From positions 3,100,001 through 3,164,000 of the forward strand of contig JAYWIR010000019.1 in NCBI GenBank assembly GCA_036172245.1: DNA of 64,000 nucleotides. Reading direction: 5' to 3'. The notes beneath the pieces are model-generated. The model saw only the letters and a program-made list of their open reading frames with translations, was not told the DNA's origin and ran no database searches. This document shows positions 40,601-53,749 of this stretch, in pieces. The translations under genes and the position numbers were made by a program. The first letter of the stretch is position 1, and each line of letters begins with the position of its first letter. The stretch comes from Raillietiella orientalis. Its lineage: Eukaryota.

Positions 40601-41589
40601 GCAGACAGAATGTGCGGAAATGCACCTTCTCAGATACACGTGCACTTTACTGATATAGGGGAATGGAAGATCGATGAAGGACATTCTCTAGGAACACTTC
40701 CTGTATTTTTCTCAGGGAATTTCAGGCCACCATGAACATGAAAATCAAATATTCATACGCGAACCATAAAAAAGGCCGAGCGAATAGGGGCACCCGCATT
40801 AATATACAATTCGATCACTTGGAATGGAAACAAATGTGGCTATGGATCCTTTCTTGCTTCTCTCTCCTCCTAATAACACACTTATGAATTTGGATCCGCC
40901 ATCTCTTTCCCTTTAATCTGATTCTGTCAGTGGTGTTTGGTAAACAGATCCTAGAAGCTGCAAGTAAATCCCAAGGTTTGGAGAACCATCAAACATTTTA
41001 TGAAACATTAATCGCTAGTGCTGGGGATTGCACAGATGAAATCAATAAAAACTCTGTTGCATTCTGATCTTAGAAGCTTCTGCATAAAATATATATATCT
41101 CGGAGACATGTGTTCCAAAATCAACCTTTAAAATCCACGAAAGTTTGCAAATCTGAACATTCAAGAAACAAGGACACCGCGTGTGCATTTTCTTCAATGG
41201 TCTGTATATTTGAAATCTTCCCTAAAGGTGAATTTTGGAAGCACTGCGCAGTATAAGAATGAATCCCTGAAACACTGAATTTAAAGCGAATATTTCGAAT
41301 GATCGTATCTAGTGATAAATGGAAAACACGCAGAGACCACATTACATCATCATTTTGTTAGCAGCATGCCCTTTGATAATAACTTTTGCTAACGTCCTTA
41401 GAGAGCCATTACTGGTTGCAGAGCAAGTCTTCTTAGTTCAAAAAAAAGAAAGGTAGGATGCATGACTCACTCTTTTTTTGATTCAAGGAAACTAACCAAC
41501 ATTCACGACTAACATTTTGGAAATTCATAAAAAAAAAAAAAAAAAGCATTCTGTCCCTCGTGCTGACATCAGGGAATGGAGACAAAAAG

Positions 41590-41900
41590 GGAGACGTGGA
41601 CTTCGAGCAAAGGGGGGGAAAGGAGCCGGGCATCTCCTGAACAGATGCCCGGCTCCCTGAACAGATGGAACAGGGGAACTTTGGATGGCATTATTCTAGG
41701 GTTTGCAAATTCCTCCGACGGATGCAAAGTTTGCAGATTCGGGGCGTCCGAATCTAGAAGGTCTTTCCTGACGAAGAGCAAACCTTTCTGCTTCATCGAC
41801 AAGGAAATAATTTCCAAATCGTTCTTGCAAAGTGTGTGAGAAGCTGCGCTCATCACAGGAAAATGAGTACAAGAAGCATGAAGAAAGGTCAAACGAAAAC
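41590..41900 (-). mobile_element. Decayed LINE AP-endonuclease fragment
   Basis: KGLLFVRKDL followed by LFHLFREPG resembles APE GGVxxYVRxxL...xxxYRPP. Confidence 0.3.
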
Positions 41901-44900
41901 ACGTTTTGCTTTCTTTCGTGTCAATTTTCGTAGATCCACTGAAGCCTCAAGAATAAACGAAGAGATTCCATGTGAATTCTGATCATCGTGGTATTTTCGT
42001 CTCAAATGAATCTCTTCAATTTTCAGAAAGTTCGGGAGGCTGATTACAAGTGAGGATGCGAAGCTCCATGGCTTCGGAAGATGCATGCTGTTTTCATGTT
42101 GTGAGAAGACTCTGCTCTCTGCAGCTTTCGAGATCAACGAGAGGCCGTCCACAGAACGGAATAGTTGGGAAAGGGTTTGATGATTCCTGACATAAATTCC
42201 GTCTCTAATTGCAAACGTCGATGAAGTCATTCAGGAAAATAAATAGCAAAGCTGAAAGTGAAGTTTCCTTTTTTTTATATTTGGCTATTTCTGTCCAATG
42301 GGATTTATCTTGAGGTACTGAAATCGGATTCTGGAGTTCAATTCCATCCCATCAGGATGGTCGAACAGCCCAGTGGTGTTTGACACGAAAGACCAAAGGA
42401 AATCAGGTCAGACGGAAAGTCTGTTAGAAGACACGGGGATGCATGAAAGGCTGAAAGTTCGATTACCTGGAACATTCGGCGAGACTTTTTCAGGAAAGTC
42501 TGTTTGGAGGAGGAAGAAACGCTAGTCTAAGATGCCAAAAGGACGTCGTCATAAAGGTATTCAACGAAAATCAAGACGGAATGAAATTCATAGTGAATCT
42601 TTGTGACTGCTCGAGCTCTCAAGTATGGGCAGATATGTCATCGAGTCGGCGTCACTATTCCAGAAAAGTAGATGACTTAAGATGAAACTTTTTTGTTTGT
42701 TGCTTCTTCAGTTCAATGCCCTTTGGTGGGAAAAACAGCTCATTTGGAATATCGCTTTTTTTTTTTTGAAACTGTCTCTATGTACCTTGGTTGAATCGAA
42801 CTGTGAAGGACTCAGCACGCACAGACCACACCATGAATCATGGATTCTGCACTGTAATGGTGCATGGATCTACCGATAAAAGAATCATGAGAGTTGTACC
42901 AAGGCAGAAGCAGTTTGATTACATAGCTAGTCAAAGTATTCCATTATGTTTGATTGATTGTACAGAAACGTCAGTGCGAATGATGAATCACCTCTTTATT
43001 TTAAGGACAGCAACACACTGGTGGGGATTTTTATCCCTGCAGTAGCAACGTTTTTAAGTTTTGGAAAGCTGACTTTCTCCTCGAATCGTGGAACCACGTG
43101 AGTGATGATGACTCTTACGGGATGTGCCGTGTGCCCTTCCATGGTCACTTCGTGGTCAGTTGATTTCCACTATCGCGGTGGATGATTTTTGCACGATAGC
43201 TTCAACTATGTTTCCATGGACTCCGCTTTGGTTATTGGATCCGATTCCGTAGTGATTTCCCTTTCCATTTTCGAATTGCCGTGTTTGTGTTTCCTTTCTA
43301 ACATTCACTATTCACCCGATCGATTCTATCGCGATCGCTAAGAATTCCATTAGCACTTCCGTAAATACAAAAATAGCACTAATACGAACGACCCTCAACC
43401 TGCTGCTTTTTATTTTGCACTATATTTGCCCTTCGCTGTTGGATATTTTCTTCGGGTGTCGTCTGATGCCCCACAGCCTTGTCTTCTTCGGGCCTTGTCT
43501 TGCCTTCTTCTTGTCTCCTTCTTGTCTTCTTCTTGTTCTTCGGGTGTCTTTTGATTTTTCAACCTCCCTTATTCCTGCTTCGGCACTTCGCATTGCGACT
43601 ATAAGGATGTCTTTCTGCAATCTTTTCCTTTTCCCTTCTTATAATCCATCTTTTCTCATCGTTATTAGTTAATTTTTTAATCCATGTTCGAGATAAGTAT
43701 CCTTGTTTTTGTTGCTCTTTCTCACTGCTTTCAAACAGCCGCTTAAACTTTCAGTGAATGTTCACTTTGAGGGTTGTCTCTCCAATGAACTGTGGAACAA
43801 GTTGAAGAACGCCGTCATGAACTCTGTCTAAGGACCCTGAGAACCATTTCCATTCCTGTCTCTGCTGCTAATACCGTTGCCACTATGTGATTTTTTAGCG
43901 AAGCTCAGTGCGTCAATTGGCGGAAGAGCTCTCTTCTTTGAAAGCATATCAAGGGTACGTGCAAAGGTACCCTTTGCAATTGAACGAATCCTCGAATCCT
44001 TAAAAGGATTCCGCTTCTCTTGCCAACATCTTAGCACGTGTTGTTAGTTGCTGTTCGAGTGAGTGGTGAAAGCTTCCAGACATAAAAAATTCTTCTTTCT
44101 CTCAGAAAAGAAGACTTTTTTCTAGAGTTCAAACAACTAAAATAGCTTCGACTAACCGAAGGCCTGTATGTTTAACACGAACAGGACCTTGGGAGGCTTG
44201 ATATCTGAATGGTGTAGATCCATATTCAAATTTCATTTCAGGCATACACAGACGAGTATTTAAGCAATTTGCATCTTTTACGCAGATTTAAGAGACCGCT
44301 GTGAAGAAGAGATTGTTAATGCATGAAAACAGAACTTGAGAATTTAAAAATCTACGAGGAAGGTCGAGGAAAAGAATCGCAAGGGTATCATGTTTTCTTT
44401 TACAGTTAGCCGTTGAAAAAAGTTCCTCCAGCTGGGTAAATGACGAAAGAAAAACATTAGACTCTGGCAAGATGAGTCATGTGACTAAGAGGGAATACAT
44501 TTATATTATTCAACGATGACATCTTGCGTGTTCATGAAGAGCCGGAACGAATCATGCGGTCATAGAGACCATAGGTCACAGAGACCATGCAGCGGTGGGT
44601 TTCTGACCGCTGGACACCGTTCAAGAATCTCATGATGCACGAAATCCATTTAAAGATTGAAGACAGACAAAAAGCAGGTTACAGTTTGAAACGTGCGATC
44701 ATTTTGTCCCTCTTAGACTTCTGAGCAAGCTTGATGAGACAAAAGACAAAAACATTGGTTAAATGATGCTCTGTCTCCAGGATTGGCTATTGTGCCATCG
44801 TATCCTTTCCTTTTTTTCGGGAACTGCTAAAGATTCGCCTTACAAGGCTTGTGGAAATTTTCATCATCAACGACGAGCATCTCAATGATGAGCATCTGTC

Positions 44901-45401
44901 GCATAAAATGATCTCCTTAGTGATAGCATTTTTTTCCTTATGTTTTCACATCTCACTAGTTTCCCGTTTCTTTGAGGAGAGACCGTAACTTAATTGAGCA
45001 TAACTTGAATTCCGCCATGACCAACCAATGCTGCTGAAAACATTTCATGTAAGGGTAATGCAGGAGTTATTTCATGGCCCCCGCATCGCCGGGATGCACC
45101 AAAGGGAACGGATTCCTTCTATCAAGCATTCTTCGAAGGACCGAAAATGGAGCAACAGAGTGGCATACAAACCCACGTTCTTGGAGGGGGGTTGCATCAC
45201 CTCGTCCTCATGTGCGATGCAGATTGCAGACAGCAAATGGAATAAGGCTAGTCTTCACGATGATTTTCGGGAAATGCCATTTCGCCTTCGGACAGGCGGC
45301 GATTCTTTTCCACGCATGCATAGGCCAGTACCCTCGAATTCCAGACTGTACTCTTATATTCCGGTGCACATCCGTGCGCATCTATAGTCTTATGATTGCT
45401 C

Positions 45402-47171
45402 ATGACGAAATACTTCCAGATAGCAATCGCGTGCATTCTTCAAGTGTTGTTCGTGCATTGTAACGCACAATGTTTTCGGAAGGAGAATATTTCCTTTCCT
45501 CTTCGGCCCGGATGCTGCTTTACCACAAGAACGATCACCTCCTTGGGGGGATTCAGTGACTATGCAGTGGAACTGTTACTGGTTATCTTAGAGAAAAGTT
45601 GTGATCTGTGCCATCAGCGTTATCTGACTCTGACGAAATTTTCGGTGATGATGCTGAGATGTGACGAAGTGTATCTCGTGAACTGCAAACGGACAATTGC
45701 ACACTACATCTCTGGTTTGACGCGTCCCATTGTGATATTTGTGAACAGTTCTTGGTCGTCTCCCAACCTCGATGACCTGTACAGCAATACATTACTGCCT
45801 GAACAGACATTTATCATGCTTCCTTCTTGGGATCTTCGTTCAGTGTGCCAGGTTTATTCACAACTCAATGATAAATACCCTTCAAGGAATTTTTCCTACA
45901 GCTGCTTAGTTCACAAGGATTCCCCCATTTACTATGACTTTCAAGGAGAAACGCTCAGGGTATGCTATCTGATTCTGAGACCTTATTTTTACATAGAAAA
46001 TGGGACGTATCAAGGTGTGGAATTCGTTCTTCTGCAGACGCTCTCGCGTATTCACAACTTTAAGTTTTCTCTTATCGCTCCGGAAGATAACGAATGGGGA
46101 ACTATGAAGGAAGACGGAACGTGGACGGGATGCTATAAAGTTATCTTGGAAGGGAATGCAGATTTGGCTATAGGAGGCTTCAGCGCAACTTATTCACGCT
46201 TCAAAGTGACTCCGACTTCACCTCCTTACTACCAGGGGAAATGGGTCATCATGTCCAACCCTCCTGTACCTTTTCCCGAGTGGACCGCTCCTCTGAGACC
46301 GTTCACAGCTGGCGTGTGGCTCATAACCATCGTCTGCATCCTTTCAGTTGGAGTAATCGAAGGCTTCATTATTTTCCTCATGTCGGGACGCGTCAGGGGA
46401 AATTCCTCCTCCCAGGAGTTTTACTGGGGCTTTTTCAACGCCATCAGAACATTTGTAGGAGGGTCCATTCTTTCTTCGCGCCCCTATATTTCCTTCAAAA
46501 TTATGTTTGCGGCCTGGCTGATAACCAGTATGATAATTCTGTATTACTACCAAGCTAATTTGCTATCTTTTCTTATCAATCCGGGTTGCCACGAGCCGAT
46601 CGATACCATTTTGGAACTGGAATCATCTGATCTCAAGATACTCGCCCATCCAACCTCATCCTCCAAGTATTTTCTGAAAGAAAATCCAAAAATAGAGAGC
46701 AAACGAATTGTCATCTCAGGGGGGATGAAAAACATTATAGAAAAAATTTTGAAGGAGCCGGGAAAATACAGCACCTTCGTGCTCCAGGACGCAGTGATGG
46801 GATTCATAATAGATAATTTCAATACTACAGAAATCGAGAAGAATTTCCACTTCGGGGATCAGAACATCATGATGAACCTTGCTGTGATGGTGTTCACCAT
46901 CAGCAAACCGTTCTCCATCGTATTCGACCTGAGTGTCAGGCGCATTATGGAAGTCGGCTTGATAAATTTCTGGTACCAGAAAGCATTCGATTATTCCAAG
47001 ATTTTCCCCTCTTCGTCGGTTCGCTTCCAGAGTGCGCCCGTGGCACTGAACTTGAGGAAATTCGATGGTGCGAACGGGTTGTTCCTGGCAGCCATCATCC
47101 TTTGCTTCTTTGTTTTCATCTTGGAAGTGTTGCTCAGAAGGAAAAATCCGAGGAACTCAAGCCACAAATGA
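45402..47171 (+). CDS. Divergent ionotropic receptor (iGluR-derived chemosensory IR), 589 aa, intronless
   Basis: First ATG at 45402. Signal-peptide-like N-terminus; S1 (DFQGETLRV...GVEFVLLQTLS...WG...DGTWTG...ADLAIGG...YSR); M1 (PFTAGVW); M3 (WLITSMIILYYYQANLLSFL); S2 (PIDTILEL...IMEVGLINFW); M4 (LNLRKFDGANGLFLAAIILCFFVFILE). Confidence 0.95.
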   Translation: MTKYFQIAIACILQVLFVHCNAQCFRKENISFPLRPGCCFTTRTITSLGGFSDYAVELLLVILEKSCDLCHQRYLTLTKFSVMMLRCDEVYLVNCKRTIAHYISGLTRPIVIFVNSSWSSPNLDDLYSNTLLPEQTFIMLPSWDLRSVCQVYSQLNDKYPSRNFSYSCLVHKDSPIYYDFQGETLRVCYLILRPYFYIENGTYQGVEFVLLQTLSRIHNFKFSLIAPEDNEWGTMKEDGTWTGCYKVILEGNADLAIGGFSATYSRFKVTPTSPPYYQGKWVIMSNPPVPFPEWTAPLRPFTAGVWLITIVCILSVGVIEGFIIFLMSGRVRGNSSSQEFYWGFFNAIRTFVGGSILSSRPYISFKIMFAAWLITSMIILYYYQANLLSFLINPGCHEPIDTILELESSDLKILAHPTSSSKYFLKENPKIESKRIVISGGMKNIIEKILKEPGKYSTFVLQDAVMGFIIDNFNTTEIEKNFHFGDQNIMMNLAVMVFTISKPFSIVFDLSVRRIMEVGLINFWYQKAFDYSKIFPSSSVRFQSAPVALNLRKFDGANGLFLAAIILCFFVFILEVLLRRKNPRNSSHK

Positions 47172-49069
47172 TGTTCGGTCCCGAAATCGGGAAGCTCCCG
47201 CCACCGTGGGCCGCTTGCTATGGAAACCAGAATATCCGCCTTCCCCTTCTGTTTCCCAGACTCGTCAAACTCTTCTCGCTCATCGGAAGATGCAGAGCCT
47301 GTTTTGTCAGTGTGGTGCAATCAAACACAGACGTCCTGGAACTGGACAGAGTTCTGGAGATTTCAGTCCAAACACCCATCAAAATTGATGTTTTTCTTAA
47401 CATCCCGTTGCAAGACCACTGTCGATGAATATAGCATGATCAGTTCTCATGTGTTTTATTTGATGTAGTTTCACGTGTTTGCTGCTCAAAGAAACCCACC
47501 TTTCTGGATCTCCAAAACCATTTCCTTGAAGTCCACTGTAGCGAACACACCTCTTCCACTCCCCTAAGCAATGAACGAGCATCAAATGACTGAAGGAAGA
47601 GAAATTGTGGCGTGAAGGATTTTTTTTTCTTTTAATACCATAAAGTATAGATTCTGATATTTGCATTCGAAAATTTGCATTCTCGTGTTCAGTATTAGGA
47701 ATGCGAATTTTTGAAGATTCAAAGATCTTCGGCGTTCTTAGATTTCGGCTTCTGCGTTTGGGTTTCCTCAAGAGCATCGCAGGCTACTGATTTGCTCAAG
47801 TACAAGGGGCGAAAGAGTAAAAGGAAATTAACCGAGGATTGCCGAGATCCATTCCTGAGCTTATAGCCGTGGGAATCCTGGCTTCTTTCAGGAAAAAAAC
47901 AAAAGAAATGTTCTACACCGCAATTTGTTCCTTCAGTCAGTTGTGGCTACTTGGCCGCTTAGGAAAGTGAAGAGTTTTTTTACCACTTCTATTGATCATT
48001 TTCAGCAGAAATTCATAAAGGTGGCTCCTTATTGAAAAGAATATTAATACAAATAAGTCGTTATATATTGCCATACATAAGGTAGGCCCTGCGTTATAAA
48101 GAGGGCCTGCCGTATGGCTGAATTTTGTCACAAGCAGACGGATGATGACTTTCTGTTGAAGCTGTTCTACCTAGACGCAGGCCGCTCTTCACAGAGTAAG
48201 TACTCAGTGGGAAATTAATACCCAACCTGGGATTCATGGGCGACCACATGCATCGATAGATAAATCTCAGAGCAATGCGTTTTTCATCTTTTCAAATGCG
48301 CTCATCGTCTTCAAGTACACGAGACTTGCCCAGTGGCAAGATGGTGGTACAGGATTATGAACAGCACTCCTGCTTGCTCCGTGGACTGAGCGTAGTACCG
48401 ACAAGACGACCGCAAGTCGAGATTCCAGCTTCCAAGCTCTTGGTCTACAGATTCGAAAACTCAGATAACTGATTTGCTAACTGGTCTCTCAATTAACATC
48501 AGGAGGAAGTATGGCTGATGTCGAGCTGGATGCTTCCAAGTCTCTGAGGCACTGAAACACAATCTCTGCCTGTGTTTGCAGCAGGAAAAGAAACCCCCCC
48601 CCCAAAAAAAAACATGGCGTTGCCGTTCAAATTCCGGCTCAATATCTGCCCACGTAAAGAAAAAGGTGACAAGATCTGGTCCAAAGACAAACCTGATCTC
48701 ACAAGGCGAACTTTCACGCGAGCCCAACCTAAACAAGGAATCCTTCTCGAAGGCTCCACTGCGGCAGAACATGGCCAAGGCGATTCGGACTGCAAAACAG
48801 TTTCATATGGGAATTTCCTGGAAAGTTTGATCAGTTTCGTAAGGGTCACCTGCAGGGAGATCAGCTACAAAGGGTTTCCCATGTTCTTCTCGTGTGTTTT
48901 TTATTTATTTATTTATTTTTGTCTTTCAGTAGTCCGTCACGTCATGCTGACTTTCGTATCCTTTCGTGCATGTTTCTGCCTTTACAGGTCATTTTTGAGG
49001 TCACACTTCGGGGAACCTTTTCGGGAAAATCCTGAAAGATCATGAAAAATAAACACACATGTGATTATT

Positions 49070-49520
49070 CTAAGAAGATTCCTCTACAATTAGTTATTCA
49101 TATTTATTATAGTACAGCTTATATGAAGACATATGTCTCCATGTATTTATGTATGTCTTTATGAGTCCAGATATTTCTTTATGTACTTATGCATATCTCT
49201 ATGCATTGTTTATTTCTTTATGTATCTGAATCTATCTTTATGTTTATATAATGTATATTAATAAATTTATATTTATATGATACATAATAACCTTTATATA
49301 GATACATATCAATATATATGTAACAAGCATATATGTTTTATTTCCTGCAATCTAACATCAACAGAATAACCAACAGCTTATTAATTTTATTAATGAAATG
49401 TATCTCATTGAATCTTAACGAATGTATCTGTTCCCATAATATTACTGTCAACAATATGTTTGTTAATACATATGAATGACTACGCATATTAAAATAAATG
49501 TAGATATGAGAGTCTGTGAT
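49070..49520. repeat. AT-rich low-complexity tract
   Basis: Degenerate TTTATGTA/ATAT-rich sequence. Confidence 0.7.
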
Positions 49521-49899
49521 AGAATAAGCACGTTTGTATATTTTTTATGATCTTTCCGGGGTTTTGATCGTTCAGGATTTTGAACCAGACCCTCCAACCC
49601 TCCAACCATCTAATGAAACTCCTGTAAGTTCCAGAGAAAGAGACTGCAAACAGATGAGATCAGTGAGATCACGCCTCAGGGAGATCTAGAATTGCTCAAA
49701 GGAAAGATTTGTCATTGGTTTTCCATTCCAAACTCAAGTTGTTGTTGTTGTTTTTTTATGCGACCGTAAATAAATCTTGAAAAAAAAAAAAAAAAAACTA
49801 GCTGCAGCATGAAAACCTCTGCCAACGCCTGAATGCGGGAACGAATCATTGCCTGAATCAATCACCAGCTCTTACTTCAAAAATGACGTTTCATGACGT

Positions 49900-51335
49900 C
49901 ACAGAATCAGAGATTGACGACAGAAAAATGGTATCGAGATGTGTCCTTCGACCCCGAAGGCACCGAAAACCAACATGGGAGATTCGGCGGCATTCTGTTG
50001 CGCACACCACCATTCTGTTCCGCATGCCTCGGACTTCCGCGTCTCATCGTCGGCAGCCAGACCAAATGCGGCAGCAGCCACGCCGCGTTTGGAATGCGAA
50101 ACCCTGGCCAAGAAGTGAAGAAGAGGCCAGCGGCACGTTTTCTGCGCCGCCGCCACCTCGCTCGAGACGGGTGGCGGCGTGAGACGAGCGACGGTTCCGA
50201 ATTCTGCAGCCCGCCGCGCGCTTGAGCATTTTCGGACACGGGAGTTGCGGAAGGTCCTGTGAACACCCGGGGCAAGCGGTGACCAGCGATCCCTCATAAG
50301 CGTTCCTTGGCCGTCGAGGCTTCGGCAGCTCTTCAAGGGCAAGAAGACGCAGATACTTTGTATTTAGCAGGAAATGTAACAACAATGATACAGACCACAA
50401 GGATGGCTCCACAAAATCTTCCTCTCACCGGCTTGGGATTCGAAGTCCAGCGGGTGTCTTCTCGTAGACGTACCTTGGCGTGTCCTGGCCAGTCGTTCTT
50501 CCGAATCCATTTCAGCTGCAGCTTCCGTCGGGCGGCCCCGCATCATCTGGCCGGGTGGATCCGAATCGGTGTTTTCCAGTACACATCGCGACTACGCCAC
50601 GCACACCAGACGACAACCTCATCGTTTCGCTGTGTTGCGATGGAATCCCCACCTCGCGAAGAACTCTGCCACTCATCGGGTCACGGCCGCCTGGTGGACC
50701 CACGAGTAGGGTTTGGAGACTGTTTGACAGTTCCCGCCTGATCATCTGTTGGGTAGCATCTTCACATTCGGGTTCCTTTCCCGATCTGGACTTGATGAAC
50801 GCTACGCCACCGTCCGCAAACCGGTCAGGGAATATCTGGAACAACCAGAAAGTTGTCCTTCTGGACTATGAGGTCAGAACGCGCAGGGGATCCTGCTCCG
50901 GGGACGTGCTGGTTCTCTCTTTTTTCTTGGTTTGCCAAATACTGAAGAACCGTTCGTTTCCCTGAGGGAAGGGGGGGGGGGGCGCTCACGAAGCTCTTTG
51001 ATGCTGTTCCACGCCATCCGGGCGTGCATGTTAACTCTACAAGTCAGAAGGCTACCTCAGAGGAACCACCCTGTGGATCCAGGAAGCTCCGGAGGAAGGA
51101 GTCCTTTCCTCTCACACTTGGGAGGGAACCCTCCGCCCTGTTTGTCTTCCTCATTCCCTCCGGAGAGATCCCCCAGAGGGTACCAGTCCTTTCTTTCTTC
51201 CCCGAGGGGAACCCCCAAGGGAACCGCTCCATGTTGGTACTCCTCTGAAAAGAGCCTCGGAGGGACGCTTCCCGGTTTTCTCTGGAGGGTCGCTCCCGAA
51301 GGGAGCAGCGCTCTTCTTCACACTTTGGAGAGGTG
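49900..51335 (+). mobile_element. Decayed gag/ORF1-like ORF with repeat-rich region (copy 2)
   Basis: QGQEDADTLYL, VLPNPFQLQLPSG and LCHSSGHGRLVDPRVGFG, plus a repeat array at 51075-51335 homologous to the reverse complement of 3450-3790. Confidence 0.6.
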
Positions 51336-51339
51336 TTAA

Positions 51340-52085
51340 CCACTTTCATGGTTCGCGCGACACGACTCCATTTGCACAACTGGAGGGGAAGCTGCTGCTG
51401 CTTCACTGGTGACTCCTGTGCGACGCCCGCCGGCATCATTGGACACAGGGTTATGTGGATCCGAACTGTGCCAGGTGCGGGGAGCGGGAATCCCTCCCGC
51501 AACTCCTAGAGGACTGTGTTGCCCTTCGTCTTGAGACGTTGGCATCGATTTCATCGGGACATCCGGGGAACGAAAAGATTTGAGGATGCTTTGCCTCGGC
51601 CCTTGGAGCTCCCGGCAGCAACGCCAGAGACAGTATGAAAGCGCCTCTTCCTGTGCTTCTTTCTTTCTGACTCTTCCTCACGCCGACTGCATCCCTAGCA
51701 GCACTTTGCTGCCTACTCGGGATCGTGGCTGCATGGAGCAGCAACGCCAGAGGAGGCCAGAACGACAGGGACGTCGTCTATTTTGCTGTTCTCTCCATGA
51801 AGATAGCGTCCAAGATGGCCCCATCTGGGAGGCTCGAAACAGAAACTTGCCGGCATTCTTACATGGATGCAGAGGGAGCCCTCCAGTACTCATTGATCCC
51901 TTCTCAAACCCTCCCATTTTTTTGACTTTATGTTTTATTTTTTTTCTTTTTGTTTGTCTCCCTTTCCCCTGTGCTGCCACTGGCCTGCGTGCCAGTTCCC
52001 GGCTGGTTCCTCCTCGTATTTATAAGTAACGTGGCAGAATCAGACTTTCTGCCACAGACGTGTACGTTTATCTCATAAATAAACG
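51340..52085 (+). mobile_element. Tx1/L1-like LINE 3' fragment, copy C
   Basis: Long nucleotide similarity to 22160-22740 (e.g. GCATCCCTAGCAGC, GGGATCGTGGCTGCATGGAGCA, AACCCTCC.ATTTTTTTGACT). Perfect 9-bp 3' stem-loop at 52031-52055. Confidence 0.85.
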
Positions 52086-52109
52086 CCCCAGCATAGCCGG
52101 CTGTCAATC

Positions 52110-52235
52110 AGTGGTGCACCCGAAGCCAACAGGTCAGCCAGCGTCGTCCTGCGGAGTGAACTCGAAACCCACGATGTACCTTCCATTCTCAGGGTCGATC
52201 CTTTATTTTCATCCGGTCACGCCGGCGCGTTTCTT
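52110..52235 (+). mobile_element. C-terminal fragment of the gag-like ORF, antisense to and abutting LINE copy D
   Basis: Reverse complement reads AAGGATCGACCC.GAGAATGG...GGGTTTCGAGTTCACTCCGCAGGACGACGCTGG...TTGGCTTCGGGTG, matching 22800-22885. Confidence 0.75.
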
Positions 52236-52239
52236 GTAG

Positions 52240-53740
52240 AAAAAAGTCATAAGCAAGATTCAAAAATGTCCTCCTCCGTAGTGGCTTCACATCACCACCG
52301 CGAAGCGAAATGCCGCCTTGGAGGCGCTGCTTCTCGTGAGCAGCTCCCCGGTGAGGTGCGCACAGGAGAAGGAGGGCAAGGGGTAAACAGAAACAAATGA
52401 AAAATACAAAATTTCATCTTAAAAATGTCTGGGGGAGTGGAAGAGGGAAGAGATCACAGGTTTCTTCTTGGCATCCTCGGCACCCTCTGGTGGATGTGAG
52501 CCGCTTCCTCCTTTTGTTGGCAGAGATGCGGCCATCTTGTCTCCTTCCTCACGAAGGAGCGATGTCATTGCGATGGCCTCACCGTTTGACCGGCCTCTTT
52601 CGGCGCAGCTTCTCGCCTCCGCAATCCTACGGAGGCAGCAGCACGGAGCTGCAAGGGAAGCTGCAGGCGACATCGAGTCGCGCCGTGAAGAGACCTCCCT
52701 GCCGTTGTCCATCGGGAGTGAGAGAGCCTCAGCGAAGCGTTCCTGGACACTCAGGATGGCAACACAACCCAGCAACAGGAGCGAGAAGATTTCCCGTTTC
52801 CCGCACTTGGCACAGTCCGGGACCACACCCCCTCTTGTTTAGCGGTGGACTCGTGTGTCGCATGGGATCGCCCGGTGCAACAACTGCAATGCCGAGTCCA
52901 GCCACTTCAGGGAGAGCATGGAGCTGTCTACAAGCACTGGGATATTTCTACCTCTTCAGCAGGAACGTCCAGGAGTTCCATCCAGCGAAGGATTCCTCTA
53001 GGAAGAGAGGCGGGGGGGGGGGGGGCATGCGTCAGCCAGCTGACGCGCCGTCCAGCATTCCAGCTGCTTCTTTTTTCCCGCGATCTCTCAGGATACTTCC
53101 CATCTCGCAAGGCCATCGCCATGTCCACCTTGTGACATCGTGTTGAGCGTGGCTTCAAGAGGGGTATCCCGTGTCCGGGTGCCTTCCTTAAGCAGCCCAT
53201 GGTTTCCTGCAACGGACAGTGAGCATAGTTCGAGAATCGCATGCATCGCTATGGCTCCGGGCTCGTGCCGTTTCTTTTCGCCCACGACGAACTGCTCCCT
53301 GTTTCCAGGCACTACAGTTGGCGGATCGGCAAGAAACCCACCTGTTCTCCTCAAGGCGACTGCTTGCCGGAGTTGGCACCCTCATCGGGGCAGCTCTCGG
53401 TGACCATGTACGAGGAACGTACCAAGTCCCTCGGCACCGACTGCTCGCTTGCCCAGGACCTTTACAGGTGTTCAAACCCTTCGCACCAGGAGTGGAGACC
53501 GCAGACACACGGCCACCAGCGCGAGCGCCTAGGGACTCCCCAATGTCTGGTGTTGTGCCGGGGAGAGTGTCTCATGAAATGATTCCGAAGGTGAGGCGAA
53601 GTCTCATCCCACAGCCCACAAAGCATGCGGCATGCGAGATCCGTAATTGGTCTTCTGGCCGCACTACGTACTGGGAGAAGATGGAGTCCTGCTACTGCAA
53701 CATGGATGGAGTGATAAATTAAAAAATCTCAGGTAGTTTT
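52240..53740 (-). mobile_element. Tx1/L1-like LINE 3' half, copy D (diverged)
   Basis: CAKCGKREIFSLLLLGCVAIL (knuckle) and PAASLAAPCCCLRRI are homologous to copy C PTASLAALCCLLGI. T-rich UTR follows on the minus strand. Confidence 0.7.
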
Positions 53741-53749
53741 CGGAAGCAA

